Assembly: GCA_965214605.1 (NCBI GenBank)
Contig: OZ243961.1
Location: forward strand, 256,001 to 320,000
DNA from: an uncultured Candidatus Binatia bacterium
Lineage (GTDB): Bacteria > Desulfobacterota > Binatia > Bin18
DNA length: 64,000 nt
Direction: 5' to 3'
Shown here: positions 35,277-45,703 of the stretch, in pieces
Position numbering within the stretch: position 1 is the stretch's first letter
Layout of the letters: each line of letters begins with the position of its first letter
Notes under the pieces: model-generated
Databases searched by the model: none
What the model saw: the letters and a program-made list of their open reading frames with translations, nothing else
What the model was told of the DNA's origin: nothing
Position numbers and translations under genes: made by a program

Positions 35277-36620
35277 ATGGCCATCGAAGTGTGTATGCCC
35301 CGTCTCAGTGATACCATGGAAGAGGGCAAGGTTCTCAAGTGGCTCAAACAGGTTGGGGAGCAGGTTGAGATCGGTGACATCATCGCCGAGGTTGAAACCG
35401 ACAAGGCCGATATGGAAATGGAGGCCCTTGACGAGGGCGTTCTGATCGAAATCCTCGTCCCGGAAGGGGGTATGGTCGTGGTCGGTGGAGTGATGGCTCG
35501 CTTAGGGACCGCCGATGAAGTCGTCTCCTCGGACAGCGCTGCGCTTGCGCCACTCGCCGGAAACGGGGCGGCCAAAACACCACCGCCCTCAGCGCCGGCC
35601 TCCACCCCCTCAGCCCCACCCCCAGCTCCCAAGGTGCGTGAGCTGCGTGAGATCCGTGCCCAGCGAGACAAGGTGGGCGAAGATGACCACCCGAGCACGA
35701 AGAGATCCTCGTCCCCCTTCCCGATTGAAGGGACCGGCCGGCTCATTGCCTCGCCGGTGGTCAGACGCATGGCCGAAGAACTGAGCCTCGACCTTGGCCA
35801 AGTGACGGGCAGTGGCCCGGGCGGTCGGATTGTCAAACGCGACCTAGAGGCCTATATCGCAGCCCGGCCTACCCCCGGTGTCGCTCCTGAGACGCGCGCC
35901 GAGTCCAGACCTGAGGCGCGCCCCGCTCTCTCTAGCCCCGGCGGCCGAGAGCCATTTTCACGCATGCGGGCGACCATCGCCAAACGGATGGCGGAGAGTA
36001 TGCGGGAAGTGCCGCATTTTTACCTCACCACAGAGATTAATATGTCTGAGGCGGTCCGCTTACGAACCGCGCTCACGGCCAGCAACCGGGTGAGCGCGGA
36101 TGTGACCTATACCCATCTCCTGATGAAGGCGGTTGCCCTCGCCCTCGTCCGTCATCCGCGTATCAATGCCACGTTTGGCGGTGATGCCCGAGACTACAAG
36201 GAGCAGATTAATATTGGTCTAGCGGTTTCGCTCGACGACGGCTTGATTGTGCCGGTCTTGCGCGACTGCGAGAAGCGCTCTCTGCTCGACATTGCGGGCC
36301 AAGCCACGGCCCTTGTGGAGCGGGCCCGAACCGGTAAGCCCCGGCCCGAAGACTTGAGCGGTGGGACTTTTACGATCTCCAATCTGGGCATGCTGCCGAT
36401 CGAACATTTTACGGCTATTATTAACCAGCCCCAGGGAGCCATCCTCGCTGTTGGGACGATTAAAGAGCGGCCGGTGGTTCGAGACGGTCAGGTCACGATT
36501 GCGTCAACGATGATGGTGACTCTGTCATGTGACCACCGTATCATTGACGGCCTGACCGGTGGACAGTTTTTGCAGGAGTTAAAAAGCCTGCTGGAAAACC
36601 CGGTCGGCCTGATGGTGTAG
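35277..36620 (+). CDS. pdhC: Dihydrolipoamide acyltransferase (2-oxoacid dehydrogenase E2)
   Basis: Lipoyl domain VETDKA, subunit-binding domain ASPVVRR...GSGPGGRI, catalytic DHRIIDG. Confidence 0.92.
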   Translation: MAIEVCMPRLSDTMEEGKVLKWLKQVGEQVEIGDIIAEVETDKADMEMEALDEGVLIEILVPEGGMVVVGGVMARLGTADEVVSSDSAALAPLAGNGAAKTPPPSAPASTPSAPPPAPKVRELREIRAQRDKVGEDDHPSTKRSSSPFPIEGTGRLIASPVVRRMAEELSLDLGQVTGSGPGGRIVKRDLEAYIAARPTPGVAPETRAESRPEARPALSSPGGREPFSRMRATIAKRMAESMREVPHFYLTTEINMSEAVRLRTALTASNRVSADVTYTHLLMKAVALALVRHPRINATFGGDARDYKEQINIGLAVSLDDGLIVPVLRDCEKRSLLDIAGQATALVERARTGKPRPEDLSGGTFTISNLGMLPIEHFTAIINQPQGAILAVGTIKERPVVRDGQVTIASTMMVTLSCDHRIIDGLTGGQFLQELKSLLENPVGLMV

Positions 36621-36635
36621 AGAAAGAGAGACCAC

Positions 36636-38030
36636 GTGGAACGGTACGATCTCATTGTCATAGGAGCCGGTCCGGGCGGCTATGTGGCCGCCATTCGGGC
36701 CGCCCAACTCGGACTTACGGTTGCGGTTGTGGAAAAAGATCAGCCTGGCGGAGTATGTCTGAACTGGGGCTGTATCCCGTCCAAGGCGATCCTGACCTCG
36801 GCCGAGATGTATGAGGATCTGAAAGAGGGCGAACACTTTGGGATTAAAGTCCAGGGCTTGTCATGTGACTACGGCCAAGTCATCAAACGCTCACGGGAGG
36901 TCGCCGGTCGCTTGACAAAAGGGGTCGAATTTTTACTGAAAAAGAACAAGATCCCGCTGTTGAGGGGGACCGGGCGTCTCATCGGCCCACACCAAGTCGT
37001 GATTGGGGCCGACGGTCGGCCGGAACAGCAGGTCGAGGCCGACCGTATTCTGATTGCGACCGGCTCGAAAGAACGCAGCCTGCCCGGATTGGAGATCGAC
37101 GCCAAGCAAATTGTTACCAGCTATGAGGCTCTGACCGATAGCGAGATTCCGGAGTCCATTCTTATTGTCGGGGGGGGGGCGATTGGCTGTGAGTTTGCCT
37201 ATATCTACAACGTCTTTGGCAGCCGGGTGACGGTTGTTGAAATGGAGCCACAGCTGTTGCCTGGGGTGGATACCGAGATCGCCCACGAATTAGAGAAGAG
37301 CTTTAAGAAAAAGGGCATTGAGGTGCTGACGAGTACCAAATTTGACGGCATCGAAAAGTTCCCGGCACGCCTTGATGTCCAGCTTGATAGTCAGGGCGAT
37401 CTCAAGGAACGCACCGCCAACAAGGTATTGGTCGCGGTCGGACGCGCGCCGCTGAGTGCCAATCTCGGCCTTGAAGCCCTCGGGGTAGAACTCGACCGGG
37501 GGGGCTATATCAAGGTCAACGAGCAGTTCCAAACGACGTGTGAGTCCGTGTACGCGATTGGGGATATTATTGGTCAGCCCCTGCTGGCGCACGCTGCCTC
37601 AGAGGAAGGAGCCGCTGCGGTCGAGTGCCTGCTTGGCGAACGAGAAAAGGGGCTGGCCTCTCAGCGGATTCCAGCCTGCATCTACTGTCAGCCCCAAATC
37701 GCGGTGATCGGGCTCAGTGAACAGCAGGCCAAAGAGCAGGGCTACGAGGTCAGGATCGGCAAATTTCCCTTCCTGGCATCCGGCAAAGCCTTGGCGTCCG
37801 GACATGAAGAGGGGCTGGTGAAACTCGTGGTCGATAAGCAGTACGGTGAGATTCTCGGCTGCCATATTATCGGACGTGGGGCCACGGATCTGATTGCCGA
37901 GGTGGCGTTAGCGCTCACCCTCGAGGCGACGACCGCCGAGCTAACCGGCACGGTCCACGCGCATCCGACCTGGTCTGAAGCCATTATGGAAGCTGCGCTG
38001 AGCGCCGAGGGACGGCCGGTTCATTTTTAG
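36636..38030 (+). CDS. lpdA: Dihydrolipoyl dehydrogenase
   Basis: GAGPGGY, GGVCLNWGCIPSK, HAHPTWSE. Confidence 0.97.
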   Translation: MERYDLIVIGAGPGGYVAAIRAAQLGLTVAVVEKDQPGGVCLNWGCIPSKAILTSAEMYEDLKEGEHFGIKVQGLSCDYGQVIKRSREVAGRLTKGVEFLLKKNKIPLLRGTGRLIGPHQVVIGADGRPEQQVEADRILIATGSKERSLPGLEIDAKQIVTSYEALTDSEIPESILIVGGGAIGCEFAYIYNVFGSRVTVVEMEPQLLPGVDTEIAHELEKSFKKKGIEVLTSTKFDGIEKFPARLDVQLDSQGDLKERTANKVLVAVGRAPLSANLGLEALGVELDRGGYIKVNEQFQTTCESVYAIGDIIGQPLLAHAASEEGAAAVECLLGEREKGLASQRIPACIYCQPQIAVIGLSEQQAKEQGYEVRIGKFPFLASGKALASGHEEGLVKLVVDKQYGEILGCHIIGRGATDLIAEVALALTLEATTAELTGTVHAHPTWSEAIMEAALSAEGRPVHF

Positions 38031-38044
38031 GAGCGCTGACGCAT

Positions 38045-38737
38045 ATGCAGGTGCGATGCCTTGATCTGGGTCTGGTTGAATATCAGCGTGCGCTGACGCT
38101 GCAAGAGGCCTATGTTGAGCAGCGCCGTAAGGGAGCCGGCCAAGATACGCTCCTGTTGCTCGAACACCCGCCCGTCTTTACCCTGGGACGCGGGGCGGAC
38201 GAACGCTTCGTGCTGAAGCCCGGTCGCGTTCCGGTGCGCCGGGTTAGCCGGGGAGGGCAGGTGACGTTTCACGGACCGGGTCAGCTCGTCGGCTATCCGA
38301 TCCTCGCTCTGGCCCGCCACCGTCGAGATGTTCATGCCTATATCCGCAGCCTTGAACACGTGCTGATTCAGACCCTGACAAGCTACGGCCTTCAGACCCA
38401 GCGGCGCGAAGGCTTAACCGGCGTGTGGTCTGGTACAGACAAAATCGCCTCCATTGGCATTGGTATCCGCCGCTGGGTGACGTTTCACGGCTTTGCCCTC
38501 AACGTCGATCTCGATTTGTCGTATTTTGACAGGATTGTTCCGTGCGGCTTAGCCGATGTGCGGATGACTTCAATGGCGCGTATACTTGGGCGTCCGGTCG
38601 CTCTTCAGGCAGTCAAAAGGCGGTTGGCTGAAATCTTTGCCGCTACTTTTGGGTATCAGAGTGGGACGCTCTTGGAGGAAACGGTATGGAACATGAGCGG
38701 CCTGACAGCCAACACTCCGCACAGTCTCAGTCTGTAA
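38045..38737 (+). CDS. lipB: Lipoyl(octanoyl) transferase
   Basis: LEHPPVFTLG, RGGQVTFHGPGQLV, KIASIG, HGFALN, IVPCG. Confidence 0.96.
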   Translation: MQVRCLDLGLVEYQRALTLQEAYVEQRRKGAGQDTLLLLEHPPVFTLGRGADERFVLKPGRVPVRRVSRGGQVTFHGPGQLVGYPILALARHRRDVHAYIRSLEHVLIQTLTSYGLQTQRREGLTGVWSGTDKIASIGIGIRRWVTFHGFALNVDLDLSYFDRIVPCGLADVRMTSMARILGRPVALQAVKRRLAEIFAATFGYQSGTLLEETVWNMSGLTANTPHSLSL

Positions 38738-39585
38738 GGCGCCGTCGTCATCCCAGCTGGATCAAGGTCCGGATGCCCGGTGGACCAGGCTACGCCAGGA
38801 CCAGAGGAATTGTCTCAACCCTCAAGCTCACCACGGTCTGTGAGGAAGCCCACTGCCCCAACATCGGCGAATGCTGGGGCCACGGCACAGCCACGTTTAT
38901 GCTGATGGGGGAGGTGTGTAGCCGCAACTGTCGTTTCTGTGCGGTCAAGCACGGGCGTATGGCCATGCTTGACCCGGATGAGCCGCGACGCGTCGCGGAC
39001 GCCGCGCTGAAGATGGGCCTGTCTCACATCGTCATTACGTCGGTGAATCGGGATGACTTGCCCGATGGCGGAGCCGCCCATTTCGCCGAGACGGTCCGCC
39101 GGTTACGGCAGGCCAACCCAGACTGTGCGATCGAAGTCTTAACGCCGGATTTTCAGGGTGACGAAGAGGCCGTGAGCACCGTTGCCCGGTCTCCTCTGAA
39201 CATTTACAACCACAATACCGAAACGGTTCCTCGACTCTATAAAAAAGTCCGACCCGGTGCGAAGTACGAACGTTCGCTGCGCGTTTTAGCGCGTGTCAAA
39301 GAGGTCCGCCCAGCCCTCAGGACCAAGACCGGCCTGATGCTCGGCCTAGGCGAGACCTATGAGGAGTTATTGGCTGTGTTTGGCGATCTGCGCTCGGTCG
39401 AGTGCGACATCCTGACCCTCGGCCAGTACTTGCAGCCGTCAAAAGATCAGCTGCCGGTTGCACACTACGTCCATCCTGACGAATTTACGGCCTTGGGCCA
39501 ACAGGCCCGGGAGCTCGGTTTTCGACACGTGGAGGCGGGACCCTTGGTACGCAGCTCGTATCACGCCTGGAAGCATGTTCTCTGA
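38686..39585 (+). CDS. lipA: Lipoyl synthase
   Basis: CEEAHCPNIGEC, CSRNCRFC, RSSY. Confidence 0.97.
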   Translation: MEHERPDSQHSAQSQSVRRRRHPSWIKVRMPGGPGYARTRGIVSTLKLTTVCEEAHCPNIGECWGHGTATFMLMGEVCSRNCRFCAVKHGRMAMLDPDEPRRVADAALKMGLSHIVITSVNRDDLPDGGAAHFAETVRRLRQANPDCAIEVLTPDFQGDEEAVSTVARSPLNIYNHNTETVPRLYKKVRPGAKYERSLRVLARVKEVRPALRTKTGLMLGLGETYEELLAVFGDLRSVECDILTLGQYLQPSKDQLPVAHYVHPDEFTALGQQARELGFRHVEAGPLVRSSYHAWKHVL

Positions 39586-40351
39586 TCGGACCGTTTGCCA
39601 CTGGACGGCATTGGGCAACACAAAGCGGAGAGACCGCCTGCTGGGGCGGCTATTCCGGTTGATCCTTGGTGCGGCGGCGATTTTCCCGGATTTGGGCAGG
39701 CGTTCTAAGACCGTGACGCCCTCAAAAACCAACCGGGAGACAAGCAGCAGGACCAGCCTACTCGCCACAAAATCGGCGCAACTCCCCTCACAGGAGCCCC
39801 CTCCCGCCGGCCTTGCCATGTCTCACCACAGGCGGCAATGCCGTTTGCTTCCCCCACCTTGGCCACATCGAATATCAGCCGGGCTCACCACTGCCCGATC
39901 ACGCGATATGCTTTGGACGCCAAGCGGTGACGGCTCACGCAGAGTGACTAGGCCGACATGGAGATTGGTCGGCAAGACCCCGTCTCCACGGTCCGGCCGG
40001 CAGCACCTCGTTCGGATGCCCGACAGCTCGCCAGCGCCGAGAGCCGCTGTGGTCCTCCAAGCAGAGTGCTGCGCCAATTGCCGTCCGACCAGATAGGCGC
40101 CGGCCCGCCGTAGGCGCGCAAGACCAAAGAAGGGCGAATCGCTAGTGGCGGCGGCGTCAGCAAACGGTCTGGTCAACGCCGGCGTATCGGCTCGCAGGCC
40201 TGGGGTGGGGGCGAGAGTCTCCGCCGCGCATCACCTCAGGGTCTGTGAGATTGTTGGCCAGGTCCTGCCCATCCACTTAACCCCAAGCGGGGTGAGAGGC
40301 CATGAAACGGATGACAGAGGTGGCTTCCTCACTGTAGGTGGGGAAGGCCGG

Positions 40352-41485
40352 CTATATGCCGTACACCCGAGCTGCGCTGTCACCCAGCAAGTTATAGCGG
40401 GCCGTCTCCGACAGCGGTGCAACCAGCTCCTCTAGCTCTTCCATGTAGTTACGGGGGTGGTCAAAGTGAGGATAGTCGGTGGCCCAGAAGAACCGATCGG
40501 CGCCCACATAGTCAATAATATGGGCCAGCGCCCGTTCGTCGGGGTCGCCCGAAATCCAGCACTGGCGTTTGAAATAAAAGCTGGGCTTTTCTTTGAGCGG
40601 GACATTGTCGCCCAGGCTGGTCTCATAGGTCGTGTCCATACGGTCTAGGGCCGCCCCGATCCAGCCGGCTCCGGATTCCAATACCACCGCCTTGACCTTG
40701 GGGAAGCGATCAAACAGACCCCATTGAAACAGGCCGTAGAACGCTTGCTGGGGGCCCTGCATACCCAGCGTATTCTGCATCCAGCGCGCCTTGCCCATGC
40801 CGTCAAAACGCTGGTAGGTCCGAATCTTGGGATGTTCGGCCATGGGATGGATGGCGACCGGGGTGTTGAGCTCTTGGGCAGCGGCCCAAAACACGTCGTG
40901 GTCGGGATGGGCATGCGGGATACGGGTCAGTGTATACGGTGCCACAAAAGCGCCTCTGGCGCCGGCCCGCACAGAGCGCTCTAGCTCGGCTGCAGCTTTA
41001 CCCGGATCGGCCAGCGAAATGTGGGCGATGGCAATCAAACGTCCGTCCGAATCGGAACAGAAGTCGCACAGCCAACGATTATAGGCCTGGGCGTAGGCCA
41101 GAGACAGCTCAGCGTCTTCCAACTCGCACTCCCAGGTCAAGCCCAGGCTTGGATATAAGATGGCCTTGGCAATGCCCTCCTGGTCCAGAAGCGCGACACG
41201 CTCTTTGGGATCCATAGAGCCGAATGGGGCGTTCCCCGGGTAGGACTGCTCTATCAGGTCAGCCATTTCTTGGCTGTTTTTCCCCATCGCCCCAAGGCCG
41301 GCCAGCGTGCGGATATCAAAGAACCGCGACGGCTTGCCGTCCAGCTCCAGCACCTCTCTGCCGTCGTGGTGGCGCACTCGCAAGGCCCGGTCACGATAGG
41401 CCGGATCAATATATTTCTCCCAAGTATCGACGGGTTCGAGAATATGCCCGTCGGCATCAATAATGTTGCCATAGTTGAGTGCCAT
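40352..41485 (-). CDS. Amidohydrolase family protein (amidohydro_2)
   Basis: IDADGHILE, AIHP, LESGAGW, WATDYPHFD. Confidence 0.92.
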   Translation of the reverse strand: MALNYGNIIDADGHILEPVDTWEKYIDPAYRDRALRVRHHDGREVLELDGKPSRFFDIRTLAGLGAMGKNSQEMADLIEQSYPGNAPFGSMDPKERVALLDQEGIAKAILYPSLGLTWECELEDAELSLAYAQAYNRWLCDFCSDSDGRLIAIAHISLADPGKAAAELERSVRAGARGAFVAPYTLTRIPHAHPDHDVFWAAAQELNTPVAIHPMAEHPKIRTYQRFDGMGKARWMQNTLGMQGPQQAFYGLFQWGLFDRFPKVKAVVLESGAGWIGAALDRMDTTYETSLGDNVPLKEKPSFYFKRQCWISGDPDERALAHIIDYVGADRFFWATDYPHFDHPRNYMEELEELVAPLSETARYNLLGDSAARVYGI

Positions 41486-41575
41486 TGCCTTCTCATCCTT
41501 TCTCTGGAGGCTGATCAGTGAGTGTCAGGCCAATCCTAGCCTATTCTTGTTGGGCCGGCCACGGCTCTCGTGCTC

Positions 41576-42277
41576 CTACACGCCCCGCTTCTCTCCCCAT
41601 AGGGCGATGTGGAGACGATAGCCGAGCCGGTAGCCCTGCTGCAGGCACACCTCAACCAAGCGCTGGGCCAGATCGTTGAGCCGCTCGGGCCGAGCCGCTT
41701 CGGGCATTAGCATAACCCGCTCGGAGGGCAGATTGAAGCGCGCGACTAAGTCCGCTATCTCGGCAACGTCTCCGGGGGTGGCAACCACAAATTTGAAATA
41801 GGTGTTGGGTAAGGCTGCAAACACCCGCAACGCGTGCGGCCGCAGCCGCTTGTCGACCGGATTGCCCGAGTTCTCCAGCTTTGGCGAAATATTCCAGCGC
41901 GTGATGGTGGTGGTCAGTCGCGCGTCGGGGAGGAGCGTCCCGGCGGTCTCGACCTCGCTCGTCCAACTCTGGCCCAGCTGTTGCAGCAGACTGACAAGAG
42001 CCGTCTGCTGCAACAGCGGTTCCCCGCCGGTCACGACCAAATTTCTCGGCCGCAGCTGCTGCAGTGCGCTTATGGTTTGGTCGAGGCTGAGTTCGTGGAT
42101 CTCGTTGCGAATGTCGTAGGTGTTCCAGTCCCAGGTGTATTTTGTATCGCACCACCCACAGCGGAGGTTGCAGTGGGCCAGACGCAAAAAAACGGACGGC
42201 ACGCCTAGGGAGACGCCCTCACCCTGAATACTGTCAAATATTTCAGACACGAGGAGCCGGTCACGCAAGGGCGTCAC
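41576..42277 (-). CDS. queE: 7-carboxy-7-deazaguanine synthase (radical SAM)
   Basis: SEIFDSIQGEG, CNLRCGWCDT, TGGEPLLQ, ETAG, ISPKL, RLH. GTGA overlap with the upstream gene. Confidence 0.9.
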   Translation of the reverse strand: MTPLRDRLLVSEIFDSIQGEGVSLGVPSVFLRLAHCNLRCGWCDTKYTWDWNTYDIRNEIHELSLDQTISALQQLRPRNLVVTGGEPLLQQTALVSLLQQLGQSWTSEVETAGTLLPDARLTTTITRWNISPKLENSGNPVDKRLRPHALRVFAALPNTYFKFVVATPGDVAEIADLVARFNLPSERVMLMPEAARPERLNDLAQRLVEVCLQQGYRLGYRLHIALWGEKRGV

Positions 42278-44253
42278 CTTTCTCCTCGCGGCAGACCGAG
42301 TTGGCGCTGTTCGGCAGCCTTGATATACGCGCTGGCGTCTTCGTCTAGCAGCAGCCCTTGGGCGACAAGCCGCTGTGCTGCAGCCGCGACCGCTTGCACA
42401 TAGCGGCGGTGGGTGACATAGCGTTCCTCCAAGGAGAGGCGCGGATCGCCGTTGGCGAGTCGCTGTGTCTTGGTCGCGGCAAAAGGAATAAAAGATCCCA
42501 TTGCTGCGCATTCGTCCTTGGGCATATCGGCTAGCAGGTTCCAGCCGGTATAGGTGCCGAGGGGAACCGCAATGTCCGGGAGCTGAATGCCCGCCACGTC
42601 GATGCCGTCCGGTGTGACCCTGGGCACGAACGTCGGATACGCGCGGCCGGTCTTCTGCGGCGGCAGGGTGCTGATGATACCGCGGTCGAACTCAGGTCCG
42701 TAGTCGTAGAGTTCACGGACGCTGACCACACCGGTATAGGCAACGCCCGGAATGTGGGGAAACCCAACGCTGGATTGCGGGAGGGGCGGGACGAGCGTAC
42801 CGTCGGCCAGCCGGGGCACCCGGCTGGGGGGCGGTTCTTTGTCGGCTGTCACCCATTCCGTCAAGGCGGTCAGGAGCGCACGCAAAGCCGGTCCTGGACT
42901 AATCGGGTTCTGCAACTGTTGGCAGCTGCCGCGTCCGGACGCGACCCCGTGGGCAATGCTCGACAGCAGGTAAAAGCGGACCTGTGGTGGATCGGGCTGG
43001 TCGGCGCTGCCGTCCGGCGTCGTGATGGATAACGACGCGTTCTTAAACCAATAGCTGTTGGAGTCGTTCACCTCCATGATTTTTGGGGTCGTCCTTGAGG
43101 CTTCACAGCGGGCGAGCACGCTATCGGTTTTGCCCGTCACCGGATCGCTGAGCGCGGCATAGGCGAACGGAAAAATCTGTTCTGGATAGACATGGCTCCA
43201 GCGCTGAAAGGCGGTCCGGTTCGGCTGGGCAAAGCGATAGTTGAAAAATCCCCCGCCAGCTCCGTTGATATACGGCATCATGCCGTCAAACACCCGTCGC
43301 CCGTCTTCGTCCTGGTTACAGCCCAAGTACAAAAACGGTCGGTGGAAGCGGCCCGACTGCGAGAGTCCGGTGGCGAGAGACCATTTGAGCGTGCGGGCCA
43401 ATGGATTCGGGTTTCCCTGTTCGTCGGCATGGGCGTGGCGTATAAACGAGACAAAATCGCGTACCGCGGCAAAGCCAATACCGGCCACGATTGGATCGGT
43501 CGCCTGATAGACAAACTGATAGATTTTGCCGCTCTCAAACGGCCGCTCGCCCTGGGGCAGGAGCCCGATCGTCGAGGCATTGAGATAGTGCCACTCCGTT
43601 GCCGGAATAAGGCGGGGCTCATCGCCCCGATAGTCGCGCACCGTCAGCCTGGCCTGAGAGGTATCGAGGCTGGCAGCCGGATAGGTCAGGGGATAGCGAT
43701 ACACCGCCCGGCCGGTCGTGGCGGTTTGAACGTTATCGACCATGATCTCCTCAAGCGCGGGGCCGACAATCGGTCGCTCGCCTGCTCTGGCAACCGGAAC
43801 GGTGGTGGTCAAACGGTCGTTCCCGGCCGCAGCGGTCGCGTCCCAGCCGGTCCAGACAATGGTATAGCCTTGGCGCATGAGGTAGCCAGTCCCAATGTCT
43901 TGAGCCGTGCAGGGATCGTTAAGCGGCGGAAACTCGGGCGGGGCCCTAAACGGAAAGTTCAGCGGCAGGTAGGTGATCTTGTTGCCCCGATTGGTAACAT
44001 CGAACAGGAGGACTTTGTTGCCCCGGGCCGGGTCAAGCGGCTTGAGTATGTAAAAGTCGGTCGCATACTCAACCCGGCCTCGGACGTTGCGCGGCGCTAG
44101 TCCAATATCGGTAATCACCGCGTTGAGCGGGCTAGCGGGGGCAAGCTCGCCAAAGGCACGGCCGACCAGTTTTTCATACTGACCAACCTGGCCGAACGAG
44201 GTGCCATCAAAGGCGGGCGACCGGACGGTATCGATAAGCATCCGCGTAATCAT
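42274..44253 (-). CDS. Large alpha/beta-hydrolase-domain protein
   Basis: GQYEKLVGRAFGEL, NRGNK, GLSQSGR nucleophile elbow, VPLGTYTGWN, GDPRLSLEERY. Confidence 0.82.
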   Translation of the reverse strand: MITRMLIDTVRSPAFDGTSFGQVGQYEKLVGRAFGELAPASPLNAVITDIGLAPRNVRGRVEYATDFYILKPLDPARGNKVLLFDVTNRGNKITYLPLNFPFRAPPEFPPLNDPCTAQDIGTGYLMRQGYTIVWTGWDATAAAGNDRLTTTVPVARAGERPIVGPALEEIMVDNVQTATTGRAVYRYPLTYPAASLDTSQARLTVRDYRGDEPRLIPATEWHYLNASTIGLLPQGERPFESGKIYQFVYQATDPIVAGIGFAAVRDFVSFIRHAHADEQGNPNPLARTLKWSLATGLSQSGRFHRPFLYLGCNQDEDGRRVFDGMMPYINGAGGGFFNYRFAQPNRTAFQRWSHVYPEQIFPFAYAALSDPVTGKTDSVLARCEASRTTPKIMEVNDSNSYWFKNASLSITTPDGSADQPDPPQVRFYLLSSIAHGVASGRGSCQQLQNPISPGPALRALLTALTEWVTADKEPPPSRVPRLADGTLVPPLPQSSVGFPHIPGVAYTGVVSVRELYDYGPEFDRGIISTLPPQKTGRAYPTFVPRVTPDGIDVAGIQLPDIAVPLGTYTGWNLLADMPKDECAAMGSFIPFAATKTQRLANGDPRLSLEERYVTHRRYVQAVAAAAQRLVAQGLLLDEDASAYIKAAEQRQLGLPRGER

Positions 44254-44425
44254 GAGCTGCTCCGTTTTTTGCCCTGTCGTACGCCGTGCCTGTCGCCTTG
44301 TCAACGTGTTTTTTGGCCAACACGCTGAGGGTTTCTTTTTTTGTCGCGTCGTGTAGAACTTGATCCCATACGAGGCAGCCAGTGCCAGGCGCGCTGGCAG
44401 CGGATAACGGAGAAGGGAAACGTCA

Positions 44426-45703
44426 ATGGCACGATCAGCATCGTCCCCTCAAGCGACAAAACGGCGTCCACTTGAGGGTATCCGCGTTATTGATCTGACA
44501 AAAATTGTCGCCGGTCCCAACGCCACCCGAATGCTGGCCACGATGGGCGCCGAAGTGATCCGGGTTGAGTGGCACGACCAGCGGGCGCTTGATCTGCTGC
44601 GCGGAGTCCAACCCAAGGTGCCCGGCGGAGCGGCCGATAGTCTCAACCGCAGCGGCCTGTTCAACAATATGAATCCAGGGAAATACGGCATTACCCTCAA
44701 CATGAGCTTGCCCCAGGGCCGCGATTTATTTAAACGCCTGATCGCTCAGTCCTCGGTCCTGTGCGAGAATTACAGCCCCGGTCAAATGGACCGCTGGGAG
44801 CTTGGCTATGAGGTGCTGCGGGCGATTAATCCCGGACTGATCTATCTGCAGATCAGCGGCATGGGAAAGTCGGGCACCTATCATGACTACCTGAGCGTCG
44901 GGCCCACCGCCCAAGCCCTGTCGGGGTTGACCCAGATGTCGGGTTTACCCGACCCGATGCCGCCAGCCGGCTGGGGCTATTCGTATCTTGACCATTCAAC
45001 CGGCTACTACGGGGCGATGCACGTCCTGATGGCCCTGATACAGCGGCGCAAGACCGGTCAGGGCTGCTACATTGATCTGTCACAAACCGAGACCGGACTC
45101 ATGGTGTCTGGCACGGCTACCCTCGAAGCCCAGCAGAGCGGCAAATCCACCCAACGCCACGGCAACCGGATGCCGGTTGCTGATTGGGCGCCGCATGGCG
45201 CCTACCCATGTCGGGGAAGCGATGCATGGATCACTCTAGCGGTGCAGACCGACGAACAGTGGCAGGAACTCGTCGCTGAGATGGGTTCTCCCACTTGGGC
45301 TAGCGAGCCCCGCTTTCAGCGTGCGGCGGGACGGAAAGCCGCCGAAGACGAGCTTGATCGGCGGCTGGCCGAGTTCACAAAAAAGACGGAGCGCTATCAC
45401 CTCATGGCCCGCCTCCAGCGACGCGGGGTGCCGTCCGGCGTGGTACAGAAGTCGGTCGATCGTTTCACCCGTGATCCACAGCTGAGAGCACGCGGAGCGT
45501 TTGTGTCCTTGCCGCATTCCGAGATCGGTTCCTGGCCGGTCGAAGATTTTCCGGCCAGCGCCCAAAACATGCTGCTCAGCGTTGGTGGCCTGCCGGGGCG
45601 GGCAGCCCCGTGTATCGGGGAGGACACTGACACGGTGTATCGTGACGTGCTTGGGCTCTCTGGCGAGGAAATTGCCCAGCTCAGGGAGGACTGGATCATT
45701 TGA
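44426..45703 (+). CDS. Class III CoA-transferase (CaiB/BaiF), probable catalytic subunit
   Basis: PLEGIRVIDLT, GAEVIRVE, NPGK, ENYSPG, and SYLD with the catalytic Asp. Confidence 0.92.
   Translation: MARSASSPQATKRRPLEGIRVIDLTKIVAGPNATRMLATMGAEVIRVEWHDQRALDLLRGVQPKVPGGAADSLNRSGLFNNMNPGKYGITLNMSLPQGRDLFKRLIAQSSVLCENYSPGQMDRWELGYEVLRAINPGLIYLQISGMGKSGTYHDYLSVGPTAQALSGLTQMSGLPDPMPPAGWGYSYLDHSTGYYGAMHVLMALIQRRKTGQGCYIDLSQTETGLMVSGTATLEAQQSGKSTQRHGNRMPVADWAPHGAYPCRGSDAWITLAVQTDEQWQELVAEMGSPTWASEPRFQRAAGRKAAEDELDRRLAEFTKKTERYHLMARLQRRGVPSGVVQKSVDRFTRDPQLRARGAFVSLPHSEIGSWPVEDFPASAQNMLLSVGGLPGRAAPCIGEDTDTVYRDVLGLSGEEIAQLREDWII

Noticed and set aside
39603-40086. Imperfect inverted repeat (GGACGGCATTGGGCAACAC / GTGCTGCGCCAATTGCCGTCC) as MITE ends
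   Set aside because: It needs two gaps and a mismatch in GC-rich DNA, and I saw no target duplication or second copy.
41576-42277. queE as part of a Dpd DNA-modification system
   Set aside because: No dpdA/tgt-like or other dpd genes, and it lies in the core region about 17 kb from the island.
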